Assembly (NCBI GenBank): GCA_965261025.1
Contig: OZ253438.1
Location: 810,001-842,000, forward strand
Direction: 5' to 3'
DNA from: Chlamydiales bacterium
Lineage (GTDB): Bacteria > Chlamydiota > Chlamydiia > Chlamydiales > SM23-39
Length of the DNA stretch: 32,000 bases
In this document: piece by piece, positions 18,273-26,120 of the stretch
Numbering within the stretch: the first letter of the stretch is position 1
How the letters are laid out: each line of letters opens with the position of its first letter
Program-made: the position numbers and the translations under genes
The notes under the pieces: model-generated
Told to the model about the DNA's origin: nothing
Seen by the model: only the letters and a program-made list of their open reading frames with translations
Databases searched by the model: none

Positions 18273-21200
18273 ATCTCTTACCCTTTTCAAAGAGCTAGTG
18301 GAGACAAAAAGCTCTTTTTTAATAGAAAAGCAAAATACTTCTGCTAAAGCGTTCCTTTTGTCTATTGCTCAACAAGCGCTACAAAAACCCCTTTTGATCA
18401 TTACAGGAGGAGTGAGAAAAGAAGATTGGTTTTCAGATCTTTCTTTTTTTCTACAAAAGAAACCTTTGGAACTACCTGCCTGGGAAGCTTTACCGGGAGA
18501 GACTCTTTCTCCTAGTTTCGATGTGATGGGAAAAAGACTTTCTACTCTGCTTCAAATGAGAGAAGAAAAAGCGCCTTGTGTAATAACGGCAGTTCCTTCT
18601 TTTGTACAAAAACTTTTTTCACCAAAAAAATTGGAAAAAGCCGTTCATATTTGGAAGGTAAAAGACGAAGTTCCCTTTGATTTGATTTCTTCTTTCCTAG
18701 AGGGTCTCGGTTACAAAAAGGTAAAACTCGTTTCTGACAAAGCAGAATTTGCCCTTCGAGGAGGTATTGTAGATATTTTCCCTCCTACTAGTTTATCCCC
18801 CTACCGGGTAGAATTTTTTTCTGATGAGATCAAGAGTATCCGAACTTTTGATGTAGGTAGCCAAATTTCTCAGAAAAAAGAAGATTCTCTTCTTTTCACG
18901 CTGGCTGATGAAAAAAAAGCACTCCAAGAAGAGCCAGCGCTCTGCGATCTTTTTTCCTACTTTAAAGAGCCTCCCCTTTTGGTATTAGATAATCTTCTCT
19001 CGTTGGAAGACACTTATACCTCTTTTTCTTCTCTTATCCATCAACAATCTCGTTTTTTTACTCCTTTACAGAAGCTTTTAGAAAAAGCTTCTTCTTTTCC
19101 CAAAGTCCTTTTCTGCAAAGAGCCTTTGAATACTCTTTTCACCTATAAGACTTTGAAAAAAGAACCTCTTTTTCACGAGATTTCTCTAGAGTTTTTCTCT
19201 CATACTTTCGAGGTAAGGCAGTTTTTTCCCTCCCTGGTCTCTATTTCCTCCTTTTTCTTATCAGAAAAGGAAAACCTTCTTGAGGCTTTAGCTTCTCCTT
19301 CTTGTCCCAAGGTAGATCTTACCTTTGTCCTAGACTCCGAAGAGAAAAGAAGACGCCTAGAGCAGTCCCTAAAAGAAAAAAAAATTCCCCTTTCCTCTTT
19401 TGCAAAAGGCTACCTTCCAGAAGGGTTTATTATATCTGATGCTTTAACAGGATTTGTAACAGAGGCAGATCTAACAGGAAGCAAAAAAATACGCAGGGAG
19501 AAATGGAGAAATTTATCTTCTGCTCCCCCTTCTCAGTTTCATGAACTTGTCCCGGGAGATTATGTAGTACATTTTCATAGTGGAGTCGGCAAATATTTAG
19601 GCTGTGAAAAAGAGGTAAATCATCAGGGATCTGCCACTGAGTTTTTAGTTCTTCAATATGCAGAAGGGAGCAAGCTCTATGTTCCTCTATCACAATCTTA
19701 CTTAGTAAGTAAATATGTCGGGACCTCAGAACAAACTCCTTCTTTACATACCTTGGGAACAAAAAAATGGCAACAGATAAAGAGGAAGGCAGAAAAACAA
19801 ATTGTAGGATATGCCTCTGACCTTTTACAGCTTTATGCAAAAAGACAAATAGCAGAAAGGGAACCTATTTTAGAAGATTCTCAAGAAATGTTTTCTTTTG
19901 AAGAGGCCTTTTCCTATGAAGAAACGGAAGATCAGAAAAAAGCGATCCAAGAAATTAAAGATGATTTTAGAAAAACAGTGCCCATGGATCGGCTTATCTT
20001 AGGTGACGTAGGATACGGGAAAACAGAGATTGCCATGAGAGCTAGCTTCAAAATGGTAGTTGATGGAAGAAAACAAGTGGCTGTTTTGGTTCCCACCACA
20101 GTCTTAGCCATGCAGCATTTTGATTCGTTTCAAGAAAGGATGAAGGATTTTCCCCTTTGTATAGAAGTGCTTTCCAGAGCAAATACTCCCAAAAAAAATA
20201 AGGAAATTCTAACAAAGGTAGCAGAGGGACATGTGGATATTATCATAGGAACGCACCGGCTTTTGTCTAAGGATGTCTCTTTTAAAAACTTAGGTCTTGT
20301 GGTAGTCGATGAAGAACAAAGATTTGGAGTAAAGGCAAAAGAACATTTAAAAAAGGTCAAAGAAGGAATTGATTCCCTGACTCTTTCCGCTACCCCTATC
20401 CCAAGAACTTTGTATATGTCTTTGATTCAAATTCGAGGTCTATCTCCCATCAATACCCCCCCTCAAGATAGGCTCCCTGTACAAACCATCTTAGCGGAAA
20501 ATGAAGAGAGCCTGATTCAAACAGCTCTTTTAAGGGAGTTTTCTCGGGAAGGACAAGTATTTTTTATCCATAATCGAGTAGAATCCATCTATCACAGAGC
20601 AGAAGTAATACAAAAAATGGTTCCTCAAGCAAGAATTGCCATAGTTCATGGGCAGATGGATCCAGATGCTGTGGAAAATACCTTCCATAAATTTAAAGAG
20701 GGAACACTTGATGTCCTTTTTGCAACCAGCATAGTAGAAAATGGAGTAGATGTTCCCAACGCAAATACTATCTTCGTTGACAATGCGCACTGCTTTGGTC
20801 TAGCAGATCTATACCAACTAAGAGGAAGGGTTGGTAGATGGAATAGGACAGCCTATGCCTATTTTTTAACACCAAAACAAGTAGCCGAGCCCGCAAGGAA
20901 AAGGCTTTCTGTTTTTTTAGAAACAGGAGGCTACGGAGGGGGCTTAAAAATTGCTATGCGTGATCTAGAAATCCGAGGAGCGGGAGATCTTTTAGGAACA
21001 GAGCAATCAGGACAAGTAGCAGCCATTGGATTTCATCTTTATTGTAAACTTTTGAAAAGAGCTATTGCTTCTATAGAGAAAAAAAGCCCTTCCCCCTTTA
21101 TGGAAACTCTTATCGATTTTCCTTTTCCAGCAAAAATTCCCGAAGAGTACATAGATGATGTAGGTCTTCGCATGGAGATCTATCACCGTTTTGGAGAAGC

Positions 21201-21501
21201 TTCTTCTTATCAAGAAATGGAATCGATTCTGCAAGAGCTAAAAGATCGTTTCGGCTCTCCTCCAAAACCTGTCGTATGGCTGTATCATATGAGCAGGATT
21301 CGTCTTTTTGCCTACTACAACCAATTTACAAAAGTGCAGTTTACCCCAGGGGTTTTTTTCGTAACAAAAATAAAACAGGAACCTGTTAAGTTTTTATATC
21401 CCAAAACAGAAGATCCTGACTTTTTGGAAAAGTTTTTCCTAGAAGCTCTATCCAGACACTACGGGGGTTTAAAAAATCCAGACCAGATGAAACTCCCTTG
21501 A
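18247..21501 (+). CDS. mfd: transcription-repair coupling factor
   Basis: GDVGYGKTE Walker A, VVDEEQRFG box, helicase C-terminal motifs (QLRGRVGR) and RNAP-interaction/TRG-like regions. The TTG start at 18247 overlaps alaS by 26 nt. An in-frame GTG at 18298 is an alternative start. Confidence 0.9.
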   Translation: MKIPLLKSKSLTLFKELVETKSSFLIEKQNTSAKAFLLSIAQQALQKPLLIITGGVRKEDWFSDLSFFLQKKPLELPAWEALPGETLSPSFDVMGKRLSTLLQMREEKAPCVITAVPSFVQKLFSPKKLEKAVHIWKVKDEVPFDLISSFLEGLGYKKVKLVSDKAEFALRGGIVDIFPPTSLSPYRVEFFSDEIKSIRTFDVGSQISQKKEDSLLFTLADEKKALQEEPALCDLFSYFKEPPLLVLDNLLSLEDTYTSFSSLIHQQSRFFTPLQKLLEKASSFPKVLFCKEPLNTLFTYKTLKKEPLFHEISLEFFSHTFEVRQFFPSLVSISSFFLSEKENLLEALASPSCPKVDLTFVLDSEEKRRRLEQSLKEKKIPLSSFAKGYLPEGFIISDALTGFVTEADLTGSKKIRREKWRNLSSAPPSQFHELVPGDYVVHFHSGVGKYLGCEKEVNHQGSATEFLVLQYAEGSKLYVPLSQSYLVSKYVGTSEQTPSLHTLGTKKWQQIKRKAEKQIVGYASDLLQLYAKRQIAEREPILEDSQEMFSFEEAFSYEETEDQKKAIQEIKDDFRKTVPMDRLILGDVGYGKTEIAMRASFKMVVDGRKQVAVLVPTTVLAMQHFDSFQERMKDFPLCIEVLSRANTPKKNKEILTKVAEGHVDIIIGTHRLLSKDVSFKNLGLVVVDEEQRFGVKAKEHLKKVKEGIDSLTLSATPIPRTLYMSLIQIRGLSPINTPPQDRLPVQTILAENEESLIQTALLREFSREGQVFFIHNRVESIYHRAEVIQKMVPQARIAIVHGQMDPDAVENTFHKFKEGTLDVLFATSIVENGVDVPNANTIFVDNAHCFGLADLYQLRGRVGRWNRTAYAYFLTPKQVAEPARKRLSVFLETGGYGGGLKIAMRDLEIRGAGDLLGTEQSGQVAAIGFHLYCKLLKRAIASIEKKSPSPFMETLIDFPFPAKIPEEYIDDVGLRMEIYHRFGEASSYQEMESILQELKDRFGSPPKPVVWLYHMSRIRLFAYYNQFTKVQFTPGVFFVTKIKQEPVKFLYPKTEDPDFLEKFFLEALSRHYGGLKNPDQMKLP

Positions 21502-21525
21502 AAGCATTCCTTATTGACTTTTTGC

Positions 21526-22575
21526 TTAAAAGGAGAGAGAAAAGGAAAACTTGGGCCTTCCCAAGGCTGCAGAGGTCGTCGAAGAAGAAACTACTGCATC
21601 CAAAAGAAAGAGCGTAAAGTCGTACCAAGAGTGAACCGCGGTACTTTCTTTTAAGGAATGGTTTTTATGAGTAAGCCACCCAAAATAGCCCCCGAAGACC
21701 GTAATAAAAGGAATAGAAAATAGGTAGTATTTTTTTCTATTTCTTTCGGAAAGAAACTGTGCATTGGGTATATGAGCTGCACCAAAAAGTAGAGAGGAAG
21801 CAATAATTCCTCCCCACGGAGTTAACCTTTCTGAAAGACTAGACTGCAGATATCCTCGAAAAAAAGCTTCTTCTCTCAACCCAACAGCAAAGGCAGAAAG
21901 AACATCCACTTCTTGGCTTCCCCTAATTCTAGCACTACAATCCTTTTCTTTTTCAAAATAGACCAGGTAACTTAAGAGCATCCCCCCTCCTAAAGCTCCT
22001 AAAATTCCTCCCCACACTTCCGGTTTTTTTAGCACTTTGTAGTTGAAAGGAGCATAGCTCAAATCTGCAAAACTATCTTCAGGCATGGGATAAAAAAAGC
22101 CCTCTTGTCGATTATACCTGCGAGCATCTCGATAAGCTGCATACATACCATATTGCCAAGTAGTTGATGCAGTAATTCTCCCTATTCGTATAGAAGGATC
22201 ATGATATTGAGCCTCACTTAAAAAGGCAGTCTTTGAAAAATCTCTTGCAAGAATTTTTCCTAAGAAAAAAGTCCCAAAAAGTTCTCCAGCGGTCCTACCC
22301 TCCCCCAAATAAAGATGCCCCAGCCCTGGTATCAAAGAAAGACTCGTGGCAAGGCCTACATTTTTTCTCTTTAAAGTAGGCATAGAAGCGCTTTTAACCT
22401 CTGAAACAGAGGGAAGTTTTCCAGGAATCACGCTGGAAACACTAGGCTTTATGTCGATCTGTGCTATTTCTTCTATTTCAGGTTCTTCTTTCTCCATTTC
22501 TGGATCTACTGTATTCTCCGCAAAAGCAAAAGAAAAACCCCATATCCAAAAAAGACATCTATATAAGCAACCCAT
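21526..22575 (-). CDS. CPBP-family (CAAX/Abi) intramembrane glutamic endopeptidase with an N-terminal signal peptide and an extra membrane region
   Basis: REEAFFRGYL (EExxxR), FGAAHIPN (FxxxH) and HSWYD (HxxxD) motifs in the C-terminal third. The N-terminus MGCLYRCLFWIWGFSFAFA looks like a signal peptide. Confidence 0.8.
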   Translation of the reverse strand: MGCLYRCLFWIWGFSFAFAENTVDPEMEKEEPEIEEIAQIDIKPSVSSVIPGKLPSVSEVKSASMPTLKRKNVGLATSLSLIPGLGHLYLGEGRTAGELFGTFFLGKILARDFSKTAFLSEAQYHDPSIRIGRITASTTWQYGMYAAYRDARRYNRQEGFFYPMPEDSFADLSYAPFNYKVLKKPEVWGGILGALGGGMLLSYLVYFEKEKDCSARIRGSQEVDVLSAFAVGLREEAFFRGYLQSSLSERLTPWGGIIASSLLFGAAHIPNAQFLSERNRKKYYLFSIPFITVFGGYFGWLTHKNHSLKESTAVHSWYDFTLFLLDAVVSSSTTSAALGRPKFSFSLSF

Positions 22576-22629
22576 TTATATCTTCTCCTAAAAAACCGGG
22601 AGATTCTATCTGCCTGTTTTTGTTTGAGT

Positions 22630-22706
22630 CAACAGAAATGACCAACCACAATGTATCTCAAGATGCCTTACATGGGGAAGTGGCCATAACAGATGAGCCT
22701 ATTTAA
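22630..22706 (+). pseudogene. 3' fragment of a second dinD-like gene
   Basis: CAACAGAAATGACCAACCACAATGTA.. aligns with dinD 24167-24240. The translation TEMTNHNVSQDALHGEVAITDEPI compares with TEMTNHNVTQDNLLGEPAITKEHI. There is no matching upstream coding sequence, because the CPBP gene start region lies there. Confidence 0.7.
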
Positions 22707-22711
22707 AATAA

Positions 22712-23179
22712 TCAAGCGGTTAAAATGGCATATTCTTTCTCTTCTTTTACTCCCCGTTTCTCCCATTCGTTGGTTAATTGCTCACGGATAGCTATACCGC
22801 GCATCCTTTTTTCAATCCAATCATCTGGATATCCCTTGGCTTTGTAAATAGCTCGGCTCCGTTTTATGGAAAGCTCTGGATCTTCTATCTCTTGGATACG
22901 TTCATAACCTATTTTTGCAAGCCATCTTTTAAAAGCTTCCGCTTTCTTAGAAGGGATAGATTGGATAATCCTAAAAATGGTTTCTGTATTTGCTGTGTCG
23001 GTTTCACGCATCTTTCCATCAGGAGCTTTTAATTTCAACTGTACGGAAAAATCGTACAGTTGACTAAAGCCTTCTTTTTCAACTAATTGAAGTTTTAAAT
23101 CTGACCAATATCTTCGAGGATTAGAGCTTTCTGTTAAAACAGCAATTTTTGAGGTTTTTTCTTCTACTTCATTTGCCAT
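22712..23179 (-). pseudogene. truncated Bro-N/phage-antirepressor-like protein (distant DinD-superfamily relative)
   Basis: The 155-aa ORF VLTESSNPRRYWSDLK..LKLKAPDGKMRETDTANTETIFRIIQSIPSKKAEAFKRWLAKIGYERIQEIEDPELSIKR..LTNEWEKRGVKEEKEYAILT matches, from memory, the middle of a widespread family of about 270 aa annotated as Bro-N domain proteins. The first about 30 aa of the Bro-N domain and about 100 C-terminal aa appear to be missing. Confidence 0.5.
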
Positions 23180-23244
23180 AAACTACCTCTTTGAAATAAC
23201 AGACTGTAAACTTATATTTTAAATAAAAGAAAATAACAAGAAAC

Positions 23245-23433
23245 TTGCCCATGACCGGACGATTATCGAACCAGATATTGGAAGGTATGCGCAAAATTTA
23301 TGAGCTGAAAGCTTTCTTCAATAGAGAAAAACAGCCTTGCTATTCTTACTAAAAGCAAGCTTTTTTCATGGAAAGTCATCCTAAGCTGATATAAGTCCCT
23401 ATAGTATTATCCCCCTTAACAAACCTAGAACCT
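23245..23433 (+). repeat. direct repeat R1 (189 bp) beginning with a tRNA-Leu 3'-end mimic
   Basis: TTGCCCATGACCGGACGATTATCGAACCAG.. aligns with R2 at 24420. The first 95 nt or so are about 85% identical, the middle has diverged, and the terminal CCCTTAACAAACCTAGAACCT is identical. Confidence 0.85.
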
Positions 23434-23461
23434 CCATCTATTATTAGATATACAAAAAATT

Positions 23462-23491
23462 TTGATAAAAAGTTGCTATTAAGTTTATAAA
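23462..23491 (+). promoter_or_regulatory. sigma-70/66-like promoter candidate for dinD
   Basis: TTGATA (23462-23467), a 17-nt spacer, then TTATAA (23485-23490; alternatively TATAAA at 23486-23491). AAGGA lies 9 nt before the ATG at 23529. Confidence 0.35.
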
Positions 23492-23528
23492 GTTACATCC
23501 CAGTTATCCTTAATAAGGAACTTTTACC

Positions 23529-24386
23529 ATGTCTAATAAAGAGATTCTCCAAAAACGACAAAGCCACTTCGATAGTTTAGCCCAATCTACTCCTGAAGAA
23601 AACGTTGAGTTCTGGTTCGCTAGAGATTTACAGGAGCCTCTTGGATATGCAAAATGGGAAAATTTTATAACTGCTATCCTACGTGCCATAGAATCTTGCA
23701 AAACAACAAATTGTGATCCCAACGACCATTTTCGTGGCGTCAGGAAAATGGTCACATTAGGTAGCGGTGCTGAGCGTTCTATAGAAGATTTTATGCTAAC
23801 TCGCTATGCCTGCTATTTAATTGCCCAAAACGGCGATCCTAGAAAAGAAGCTATAGCTTTTGCTCAAAGCTACTTTGCCATCCAAACAAGGAAACAAGAA
23901 TTAATAGAAAAAAGAATGCTTTTACAAACCAGATTAGAAGCTAGAGAAAAGCTTAGAGAATCAGAGAAGACTCTTTCACAAAACATATATGAACGAGGAA
24001 TAGATGAAATGGGTTTTGGTCGCATTCGCTCTAAAGGAGATCAGGCTCTTTTTGGAGGTAACTCCACCCAAAGCATGAAAAACAAGTATGGAATTATACA
24101 AAGTCGTCCTCTTGCTGATTTCTTACCAACTTTGACTATTGCTGCCAAAAATCTAGCAACAGAAATGACCAATCACAATGTAACCCAAGATAATCTACTA
24201 GGAGAGCCTGCTATAACAAAGGAGCATATCCAAAATAACCAAAGTGTCCGAGATATGCTTGCTGAGCGTAATATCAAACCAGAAAATCTCCCTCCAGAGG
24301 AAGACATCAAAAAATTAGAGCGACTTGTAAAATCAGAAGAGAAAAAGCTGATAAAACAGTCTAATAAACTTCCTAAAAAAGTTTAA
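23529..24386 (+). CDS. dinD: DNA-damage-inducible protein D homologue
   Basis: The 285-aa product is collinear with my memory of E. coli DinD. WFARDLQEPLGYAKWENF aligns with WSARQLGKLLGYSEYRHF. LTRYACYLIAQNGDPRKEAIAFAQSYFAIQTRKQEL aligns with [36 protein letters not shown]. Confidence 0.85.
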   Translation: MSNKEILQKRQSHFDSLAQSTPEENVEFWFARDLQEPLGYAKWENFITAILRAIESCKTTNCDPNDHFRGVRKMVTLGSGAERSIEDFMLTRYACYLIAQNGDPRKEAIAFAQSYFAIQTRKQELIEKRMLLQTRLEAREKLRESEKTLSQNIYERGIDEMGFGRIRSKGDQALFGGNSTQSMKNKYGIIQSRPLADFLPTLTIAAKNLATEMTNHNVTQDNLLGEPAITKEHIQNNQSVRDMLAERNIKPENLPPEEDIKKLERLVKSEEKKLIKQSNKLPKKV

Positions 24387-24419
24387 TTACCAAAACCCAA
24401 GTGTTTAACGCTTAAACTG

Positions 24420-24606
24420 TTGCCGATGACTGGACAATTATCGAACCAGGTAATCGAAGGAATGCGCAAAATTTATGAACTAAAGCCTTTCTTAATAGAG
24501 AAAACCAGTCTTATTTTTCTTGATAGAAGCGCATTCTTTCCGTAGAAACTCGTTATCATCCAGTAAAGTTGTCCCAGTGTTGTCTCCCTTAACAAACCTA
24601 GAACCT
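24420..24606 (+). repeat. direct repeat R2 (187 bp) beginning with a tRNA-Leu 3'-end mimic
   Basis: TTGCCGATGACTGGAC-AATTA-TCGAACCAG: 16 nt plus 9 nt are identical to 27129-27153 of the tRNA-Leu gene region, interrupted by a 5-nt insertion in the T-loop equivalent. The rest aligns with R1. Confidence 0.85.
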
Positions 24607-24872
24607 ACTCCCCTTATTTCTGATAGCATCTTTTTTTGACTTTGTTAACTGAGCTTCAATTTCTTGTACAATAGGAAGTTTAGAACACAAGAGTCCTTCA
24701 AGCGTCCCTGGGATACATAGAATAGAGAAAGTTTGAAAATGCAATAAAAAAAGCTCTAACAGCTTTGTAAACAGTCTGGAAATAATCCTAACTATCCCTT
24801 TGTCGGCTCCGACAAACTGATCTCAGGAAGGAAAAATGCTACTCAAATTGTTAGAAGATTAAGTTGCATATA

Positions 24873-25202
24873 TCAGAGATTTGAATCAAAAAAATATTTC
24901 CAAACAGAACTGCCAAAATTTACCCAAAAATATGCGACAGAAAGAATCGTCAAGCAAAGTCCGCATAAGAACAATAAGCACCGGCTCATCCATTGAGAAA
25001 CTCTTCCTGATCTTTGAGTTAGAAAATCTTTACGCAACAAGGTGACGCTACTATCATCGGGTATGATCTGAAAGGAGGAAAAACTATGACAAAAAGGGTG
25101 CGGTTCTTGTGAAGCAAACCAATCTACCTTGAGAAATTGTTCAACCGGCACTAAAGTTTTTTTGCGCTTCTTTCCCGATTCAGGATCAAACCTTTCCTCC
25201 AT
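24873..25202 (-). CDS. hypothetical ORF, possibly a decayed gene fragment
   Basis: Only an ORF-track ORF of 109 aa with no motif I recognise. The C-terminal half looks like out-of-frame low-complexity sequence, and another frame reads more protein-like (MDEPVLIVLMRTLLDDSFCRIFLGKFWQF). No convincing ribosome-binding site. Confidence 0.2.
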   Translation of the reverse strand: MEERFDPESGKKRKKTLVPVEQFLKVDWFASQEPHPFCHSFSSFQIIPDDSSVTLLRKDFLTQRSGRVSQWMSRCLLFLCGLCLTILSVAYFWVNFGSSVWKYFFDSNL

Positions 25203-25274
25203 GGGGGTGAAAGGTAGTTTATAGCACGGCCTCAGATTAAAAGAATTTTTTATTTGAAAAAAAACTCTCTAACC

Positions 25275-25289
25275 ACTAATTTTATTAGT
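25275..25289. promoter_or_regulatory. small palindrome upstream of abiEi (candidate antitoxin operator)
   Basis: ACTAAT-TTT-ATTAGT is a perfect 6-bp inverted repeat 25 nt upstream of the ATG at 25314. It is short and in AT-rich DNA, so this is speculative. Confidence 0.15.
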
Positions 25290-25313
25290 AACTATGGAGA
25301 ATATCTTCAAGTC

Positions 25314-26120
25314 ATGAACATGGAAACATTTCTAGCTCATAACCAGATTTTTACGATTAAAGAGATAAGGTCTGCTCTCAGAATAGAGAAAGGCAATAGC
25401 ACTTTGAATAACTTATTAGCGTATCATCTTCGACAAGGGCATATCGTCCGAATTCGAAAAGGTCTTTATTACACAATTCCTAGAGGAGCTGACGCAAAAA
25501 CCCATCCGATAGACCCTTATTTAATTGCCAGTAAAATGACTTCTGATGCCACCTTGGCATATCATACCTCTTTGGGATTTCATGGAAAGCTGCATTCTTT
25601 ACGAACTGATTTTATCTATATTACTCAGAAAAAATTAAAACCTCCTTTTGTTTTTTGCAACTCCACTTTTAAAAGCATTTCTATTCCCAAAGGAACTTTA
25701 GCTAGCCCCAGTTTTGGCATTGAGATTGTCGATTATCAGGGATGTAAGCTTCGGGTTACTACTTTAGAGCGAACTTTTGTAGATATTCTTGATAGACCTA
25801 CTTTAATCGACAACTGGGAAGAAATTTGGCGTTCTTTAGAATCTATTGAATATCTAGACCTTCAACAGGTTCTTGCATATGCAAGACTTCTAAATAACGC
25901 GACCACTTATGCTCGAATAGCATTTTTTCTTGATCAACACTGTGATACATTTGGTCTTTCAGAAAAAGACTTAGTAAATTTTGATAAATTTATACCCAAA
26001 AGCCCCCACTATTTAGACCTTCATAGTAAAGAGCCTAATCAGCTCATTGCTAGATGGAATCTTATTGTTCCAAAATCATTACTCCAAAGAACTTGGGAAG
26101 AGCCTCATGAAAATCTCTAA
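25314..26120 (+). CDS. abiEi: AbiEi-family antitoxin / transcriptional regulator (type IV TA)
   Basis: N-terminal winged-helix region FTIKEIRSAL..LLAYHLRQGHIVRIRKGLYYTIP, then ASKMTSDATLAYHTSLGFHG and TLERTFVDILDRP, typical of AbiEi. The start is uncertain: the track uses TTG at 25254, and I prefer ATG at 25314. The stop overlaps the next gene's ATG by 14 nt. Confidence 0.75.
   Translation: MNMETFLAHNQIFTIKEIRSALRIEKGNSTLNNLLAYHLRQGHIVRIRKGLYYTIPRGADAKTHPIDPYLIASKMTSDATLAYHTSLGFHGKLHSLRTDFIYITQKKLKPPFVFCNSTFKSISIPKGTLASPSFGIEIVDYQGCKLRVTTLERTFVDILDRPTLIDNWEEIWRSLESIEYLDLQQVLAYARLLNNATTYARIAFFLDQHCDTFGLSEKDLVNFDKFIPKSPHYLDLHSKEPNQLIARWNLIVPKSLLQRTWEEPHENL

Noticed and set aside
22461-22706. 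An 81-aa + strand ORF. The other ORFs at 22346-22591 and 22778-23032 are similar cases.
   Set aside because: The first two-thirds is antisense to the CPBP N-terminus and promoter region. Only the last 24 codons are meaningful, and those are annotated as the dinD fragment. The others are antisense to the CPBP or Bro-N-like ORFs.
24420-24520. Whether R1 and R2 are complete pseudo-tRNA genes.
   Set aside because: Only the 3' acceptor strand and the T arm are tRNA-like. No matching 5' acceptor strand (GCCGATG), D arm or anticodon arm can be folded from the adjacent sequence.
25071-25112. A strong Shine-Dalgarno sequence (AAAGGAGG) followed by ATG and an 8-codon mini-ORF (MTKRVRFL).
   Set aside because: It is too short to evaluate and has no conservation evidence. 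It lies inside probably decayed DNA, so the match is likely chance.
25146-25166. A GGCAC...TTTGC stretch resembling a sigma-54 promoter upstream of abiE.
   Set aside because: The GG-to-GC spacing is 17 nt instead of the required 12. The other TGGCAC occurrences (near 26184 and 31104) lack a TTGC element.
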